IMG/VR virus record: IMGVR_UViG_2513237361_000016
Reading direction: 5' to 3' (one strand)
DNA length: 10,740 bases
Origin: a virus
Lineage: Duplodnaviria; Heunggongvirae; Uroviricota; Caudoviricetes
The position numbers were made by a program, and so were the translations under genes. Positions within the stretch are counted from its first letter, which is position 1. The number at the start of each line of letters is the position of its first letter. Below are positions 6,525 to 10,740 of this stretch, piece by piece. A model generated the notes under the pieces. The model did no database searches and was not told the DNA's origin. It was given only the letters and a program-made list of their open reading frames with translations.

Positions 6525-7370
6525 TTACTGATAAGTAACAGAAATATTCAGCGGTGCTTTCCATACAGTTGTTTGCGTTACCGGGTTTGTGAAAGTCAAT
6601 TCGAGAGTTTGACCAGACTTAATCCCCATTGCATAAGTAGCAGATGCACCTCTCCCGGTCATGTCTGAAGACTGAGCGTATGTTGAAGCTGCGATATTGA
6701 TAATCGTCGGATCAAACGCGGCCAGCTGATTCAACATATCTACAGCTTCAAGCCCCCCCATAGATCGAGCAAAGTTTATCGCATTCATCCCATGATTGAT
6801 AGCACCTTCTGCAATCGTTGGGACGCCGCCGTGGAAAATATCATTTGAAGTGTCAGCAATAATAGAAGCAGCTACCCCACGTTGCCGTGCCGCATCAGCC
6901 GCCATACGAGCACCAGCAGCAGTCATGTTCACTTTTGCCTGACCAATCGGAGATGATTGAGCATCAATAACTGGAATCTCTAAATAGCCAGTACCTGCAT
7001 TACCTACATTGTCAAATACCGGAGTGATCTTTCCTTTTTGATAGTCAGAGAACGCAATTTGAGGAATTGCTAAGCTGGTAGCATCAGTTGCCATAAATGC
7101 TTCATTAGTTTTACCCAGCAAAATAGCGGCATTCTGAGCTGCAGTAATCACTAATTTTTTGCCGCCATCAGTCATTTCTTTTACATTACTATCAAAAGCG
7201 CCTAAACTTGTTCCTGTTTTCCAGGCCCACTTCTGCGCAAAGTTATCACCAACAGTAACACTGCCGCCAATATCAACGGAATCGTTAAAGTTACCGTTAG
7301 TCCATGCCATGGCAGAACCAGATACTGCAGCAGAGGCAGCCACAGCCAGTGCAATCAGAGTCTTTTTCAT
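6525..7370 (-). CDS. FaeG-like (K88/F4 fimbrial major subunit family) secreted protein
   Basis: Signal peptide MKKTLIALAVAASAAVSGSAMA. Segments QKWAWK, KLVITAAQNAAILLGKTNEAF, IPQIAFSDY and C-terminal YAMGIKSGQTLELTFTNPVTQTTVWKAPLNISVTYQ align by eye with FaeG as recalled from memory. AAGGAA Shine-Dalgarno precedes ATG at 7370. Confidence 0.65.
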   Translation of the reverse strand: MKKTLIALAVAASAAVSGSAMAWTNGNFNDSVDIGGSVTVGDNFAQKWAWKTGTSLGAFDSNVKEMTDGGKKLVITAAQNAAILLGKTNEAFMATDATSLAIPQIAFSDYQKGKITPVFDNVGNAGTGYLEIPVIDAQSSPIGQAKVNMTAAGARMAADAARQRGVAASIIADTSNDIFHGGVPTIAEGAINHGMNAINFARSMGGLEAVDMLNQLAAFDPTIINIAASTYAQSSDMTGRGASATYAMGIKSGQTLELTFTNPVTQTTVWKAPLNISVTYQ

Positions 7371-7618
7371 AAAATAATTTCCTTGATATTTCATAAATAA
7401 TAAACTGAAATCGGTAATCCTTATTTTTCTGAGTCGTAAAAATCAGCACGTACGAATTCAAACTCTGCCATAAAAGAACATATAAGTAATTTATTAACAT
7501 ATAGATATAGGTTATATTACAAATTGAAAAATTATTGGAGAGCAACAATGAATCAAAATCCATTCTCATTCTATGACTTTCTTGGATATTTAATACCAGG
7601 TGGTTTTTTATCCTATTA

Positions 7619-8413
7619 ATGTATTTCTGTGGTTTGACATTCGATCTAGATATTGTTATTGACTTAAGTGAATTGCTCAGAGGTCAAAGTCAAATCTTTG
7701 GCATTTTGAACTACGCTTCAATAGTTATTATATCTTATATAGCTGGACATTTTATTTCTATCACATCAGCATTTTTTATCGAAAAATACATGAATAAAGA
7801 ATTAGGATATCCTTCCAAATATCTATTTAAAAAATTGATAGATACCTCAGAAAGCATTTGTAGCCCATCATGCGATGAGAGAAGCGCTGATAAAAAAACA
7901 AAAATAAAGAATCGCATAATCAAATGCGTATTATGTCCAATAATACTATGGGATTTTATAACACAAAAACTATGTTATTCTCAATCTCTACCATTTCATT
8001 TAGCTAATACAACATGGTTAATGATCAAAGAAGGTTATGAGAAAAAGTTCATAACAAATCGCCAATTATTACAAGATAAAAACGGACTTGATGATGATCT
8101 CTTCAGATTGGCATATCATTATGTTTATGAGTTTTCAAAACAACATCAAACAAAAATTCAAAACTATGTTGCATTATATGGTTTTTGCAGAAACATATGT
8201 TTAATCTTTATAATTTCATTTTGGGTATCAGTTCCAACCTTTATTTATCGATTATGTACTCATAGTGATTATCTTTATAGTTTACTTTCAATAATGCTTA
8301 GCTTTTTCTTCGTCTATGTTTTCTATGTTGGTTTTGTTAAATTTTATAGAAGATATACTTTAGAAGTATTAATGGCATTTGCTGTACTTCAAAGTAACGA
8401 CACTATTCGTTAA
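7619..8413 (+). CDS. AT-rich multi-pass membrane protein of unknown function
   Basis: 264 aa with several hydrophobic segments (IFGILNYASIVIISYIAGHFISITSAFF, ICLIFIISFWVSVPTFIY, LLSIMLSFFFVYVFYVGFV). Markedly AT-rich compared with neighbours. Start ATG 7619 overlaps (TAATG) the stop of a 23-codon upstream ORF that begins at ATG 7548 with a GGAGAG Shine-Dalgarno. Confidence 0.5.
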   Translation: MYFCGLTFDLDIVIDLSELLRGQSQIFGILNYASIVIISYIAGHFISITSAFFIEKYMNKELGYPSKYLFKKLIDTSESICSPSCDERSADKKTKIKNRIIKCVLCPIILWDFITQKLCYSQSLPFHLANTTWLMIKEGYEKKFITNRQLLQDKNGLDDDLFRLAYHYVYEFSKQHQTKIQNYVALYGFCRNICLIFIISFWVSVPTFIYRLCTHSDYLYSLLSIMLSFFFVYVFYVGFVKFYRRYTLEVLMAFAVLQSNDTIR

Positions 8414-8454
8414 TAATGTTGCTCCCGTGTGCAGACGGGATAATGGAGAAACGT

Positions 8455-8661
8455 ATGCTGAACCTCGATTGTGTTCCTATCTCAACTTATTGCAAAGAAA
8501 CTGGCGAAACTCCTGAAGCAATAAACAAACGTGTACAGCGCGGTGTTTGGCGTGAAGGTGTTCAGGTTTTAAAGGTTGAAGGCGTTAAGGAGAGGTGGAT
8601 TGATCTTAGTGAGGTTGCAAAATGGGCCAGACAAAACTGCTCAAACTACCGCGCGGCGTAA
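8455..8661 (+). CDS. xis: Excisionase-like protein
   Basis: Small basic ORF directly upstream of and overlapping the integrase gene. GGAG sits 7 nt before ATG 8455. Earlier in-frame ATGs at 8416 and 8443 are alternative starts. Confidence 0.5.
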   Translation: MLNLDCVPISTYCKETGETPEAINKRVQRGVWREGVQVLKVEGVKERWIDLSEVAKWARQNCSNYRAA

Positions 8662-9794
8662 CAATCAGGAAACACCGCCAGGGAGAAACGATCAATATAA
8701 CTTTCACCTACAAAGGAGTTAGATGTCGTGAGCCGCTTTCCAATCTGGAAGTAACACCAAAGAACATTAAATACGCCGAGCGTACACTCGGCGAAATCCA
8801 TAATAAGATCGAAAGGGGAACATTCATTTATGCAGAATATTTTCCCCGTTCTGCTCGTTTGAAAATTTTTGGTAATGCTGCTGCAAGCAAAACGGTAAAG
8901 ATGTACCTGGACGAATATCTTGAAATCTGCGAAACAAGAAAACTTTCACCCTCTACGATTGGTGGCTATAAAAAATGCCGTAGTGCGTTAGCCTCACTTC
9001 ACATTTGCCCTGCAAGTGAATTAACACCAGCAACCCTGAAAGCGTGGATTCAAAGCCAGAAAACAACCTTAAAAACCATTCGCAACCAGTTATCTTTCCT
9101 ACGGTCAGCACTTGATGAAGCCGTGACCGATGGGGTACTTCAAATTAACCCCGTATCGTTAGTAACAGCTTCGCGCTACCAAAGTGATAAGTCAGAAGCA
9201 GAAAGCAGCTATGTGGTTGATCCGCTATCACCAGCAGAAGTTGATGCATTACTAGCAGCAGCCGGAAACAAACAATGGGAAAATCTGTTCCGGTTCGCCA
9301 TACATACAGGCCTGCGTAGTTCTGAATTATGTGCCTTACGATGGCATGATATCGACTTTGTTGGAAAAACAGCCCATGTTCAGAGCGCAAGTGTTGTCGG
9401 AGTTATCAAAGGAACAAAGACAAAAGCCGGTACCCGTAAAGTTGAACTGACTGAAGAAGCAATGTTGGCGTTGATAAACCAGAAGCCATTTACATTCATG
9501 AAGGATGCTACTGTCTTTGAAGATCCAAAGACCAATAAACCCTGGGCAAGTGCTGATGCAATTAGGAAAAAAGCATGGGTGCCAACATTGCGAAAAGCAG
9601 GTATTCGTTACAGAAACCCATATCAAACCAGGCATACATTCGCCACCAGCCATATCAGCCGGGGAGCAAACCTGTTTTGGCTTGCGGCTCAAATGGGCCA
9701 TAAAGGGCCTGAAATGTTATTCAGGCACTATGGACAATACTTGAAAGAGTATGATGGGAGGGCAAGTATCAAGGATAAAAAGGCTTTATTTTAA
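8622..9794 (+). CDS. int: Tyrosine site-specific integrase
   Basis: 390 aa. Catalytic-domain residues are visible: Arg in HTGLRSSELCALRW, the His-x-x-Arg motif in RHTFATSH, and the nucleophile Tyr in RHYGQY. N-terminal arm-type DNA-binding region. Confidence 0.85.
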   Translation: MGQTKLLKLPRGVTIRKHRQGETINITFTYKGVRCREPLSNLEVTPKNIKYAERTLGEIHNKIERGTFIYAEYFPRSARLKIFGNAAASKTVKMYLDEYLEICETRKLSPSTIGGYKKCRSALASLHICPASELTPATLKAWIQSQKTTLKTIRNQLSFLRSALDEAVTDGVLQINPVSLVTASRYQSDKSEAESSYVVDPLSPAEVDALLAAAGNKQWENLFRFAIHTGLRSSELCALRWHDIDFVGKTAHVQSASVVGVIKGTKTKAGTRKVELTEEAMLALINQKPFTFMKDATVFEDPKTNKPWASADAIRKKAWVPTLRKAGIRYRNPYQTRHTFATSHISRGANLFWLAAQMGHKGPEMLFRHYGQYLKEYDGRASIKDKKALF

Positions 9795-10403
9795 GTCATT
9801 ATGCCAATCGTCTACTGTTTGAAACCAAATTTTTAACCTTTGCATAAAGGTACGATCCTTTTTGGGAGGGTGGTACCTTTGAAAAGAAGTATGTAACGCT
9901 TCGATAACTCCCATACAAGCATCAATTACTTCTTGTGCTTTAACCGGGCGATCGGCATCTGAAAGCTTGTGAGCGACCTCACAATCCAGAGTTGCTTTCT
10001 CTAGTACAGATGAGAACACCTCGTCAGGTATATACAGTCCTCTGCTTTCCAAAATGCAAATCAGTTTGGAAACTTGTTGAGCTTTAGCCAAGATAGTTAA
10101 CAAGTATGAAACAGAAGCCTTTGTTCTATCCTTTTGCAACCTTAACAATCGATGCTTTGATGCTCTAATTTTAGGTTGAGTTGTCTGACTGAGCCAATAG
10201 TTAGAAGAAATATCAGAAATTTCAATAACTAACTTTGAAATAGCATCAATAATTGATTTCGATTCAGAACGTGTCGCCAGTTTTACAGAATTATTGTACG
10301 CAACTCGCCATCCAATGAAAACTAAGCAGACGCTAACTACTGTGATACACCACGAATACTGTCCTATTTGTGCTACTAATGACATTGGTTCCGTACTGAT
10401 CAA
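9786..10403 (-). CDS. Membrane-anchored protein of unknown function (N-terminal TM helix)
   Basis: 205 aa with a hydrophobic N-terminal segment (YSWCITVVSVCLVFIGW) and a charged, helix-rich remainder. TTG start at 10403 has GAGG 6 nt upstream; alternative ATG at 10385. Its 3' end overlaps the integrase 3' end by 9 nt. Confidence 0.45.
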   Translation of the reverse strand: MISTEPMSLVAQIGQYSWCITVVSVCLVFIGWRVAYNNSVKLATRSESKSIIDAISKLVIEISDISSNYWLSQTTQPKIRASKHRLLRLQKDRTKASVSYLLTILAKAQQVSKLICILESRGLYIPDEVFSSVLEKATLDCEVAHKLSDADRPVKAQEVIDACMGVIEALHTSFQRYHPPKKDRTFMQRLKIWFQTVDDWHNDLK

Positions 10404-10413
10404 CTATCGCCTC

Positions 10414-10740
10414 TTATACTCTTTCTGGTTGTGCTAAATCAATAAATTTATCAATCTGTTCTTTGTAGAACGGAACATCACTTTTTATAATCAAACGTGC
10501 TTTAACGTTGGCTTTAGGTATCCCTTCCTTACGGATGAGACCTCCAAACGCCTCTTCTAAGAAAGAGGAACCAACACCCAGTGCTATACCGCGAAAATCA
10601 ACCACAATCTCCTGTTCAGTACCCTTCAGCGCAGGCACCAAAAACTCTCTACGAAATCTTTCCGCACTGTGTGGGCTATCCGTTGTGTAACGTCCGAAAG
10701 GTGTTCTGGAGAACTCCTTCGCTATGACGATATTTCTCAT
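10414..10740 (-). CDS. Small STAS-like (anti-sigma-antagonist fold, DUF4325-like) protein
   Basis: 108 aa. Pattern IVVDFRGIALGVGSSFLEEAFGGLI resembles STAS-like domains as recalled from memory. ATG falls at the window edge (10740-10738). Stop lies 10 nt before the start of the downstream membrane-protein ORF. Confidence 0.4.
   Translation of the reverse strand: MRNIVIAKEFSRTPFGRYTTDSPHSAERFRREFLVPALKGTEQEIVVDFRGIALGVGSSFLEEAFGGLIRKEGIPKANVKARLIIKSDVPFYKEQIDKFIDLAQPERV

Noticed and set aside
7159-7923. ORFs 7159-7377 (+), 7297-7569 (-) and 7735-7923 (-)
   Set aside because: The first is antisense within the FaeG-like gene. The second spans the AT-rich intergenic or promoter region with a low-complexity translation. 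The third is antisense within the membrane protein gene.
8416-8454. Upstream in-frame ATG starts (8416, 8443) for the excisionase-like ORF
   Set aside because: The ATG at 8455 has a well-placed GGAG Shine-Dalgarno. The extension (MLLPCADGIMEKR) adds residues unlike an excisionase N-terminus. It is kept as an alternative only.
9145-9744. ORFs 9145-9390 (-), 9336-9701 (-) and 9505-9744 (+) inside the integrase gene
   Set aside because: They lie within the well-supported integrase ORF on the opposite strand or out of frame, with Cys/Phe-rich or low-complexity translations.
10508-10690. Plus-strand ORF 10508-10690
   Set aside because: Antisense within the STAS-like gene, with no independent support.

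Overview
The window reads as a segment of a lambdoid (probably enterobacterial) prophage, possibly a decaying one. Positions 1-4226 carry a tightly packed minus-strand early operon, with ATGA/TAATG stop-start overlaps between most genes: Cro/YdaS-like, CII/YdaT-like, a small frameshifted ORF, a replication initiator with in-gene iterons, a PerC-like regulator, a frameshifted phage Dam-type methyltransferase, a LexA-type DNA-binding protein, RusA resolvase and a KilA-N protein. A divergent cI-like S24-peptidase repressor lies at 4324-4950 (+), followed by a predicted intrinsic terminator and clusters of an AACTAAG motif. Between the repressor and the xis-int pair (8455-9794, +) there is no N/recombination region. 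Instead there is cargo: a convergent overlapping pair of small ORFs, two minus-strand secreted proteins resembling K88/F4 (FaeG-family) fimbrial subunits with no chaperone or usher, and an AT-rich multi-pass membrane protein gene. Beyond int, converging on its 3' end, is an AT-rich two-gene cassette (small STAS-like protein plus membrane-anchored protein). The best candidates for an undescribed system are that post-int cassette, the membrane protein upstream of xis, and the orphan fimbrial-like pair. All calls come from reading the ORF translations and the sequence by eye; no searches were run and GC content was judged visually.
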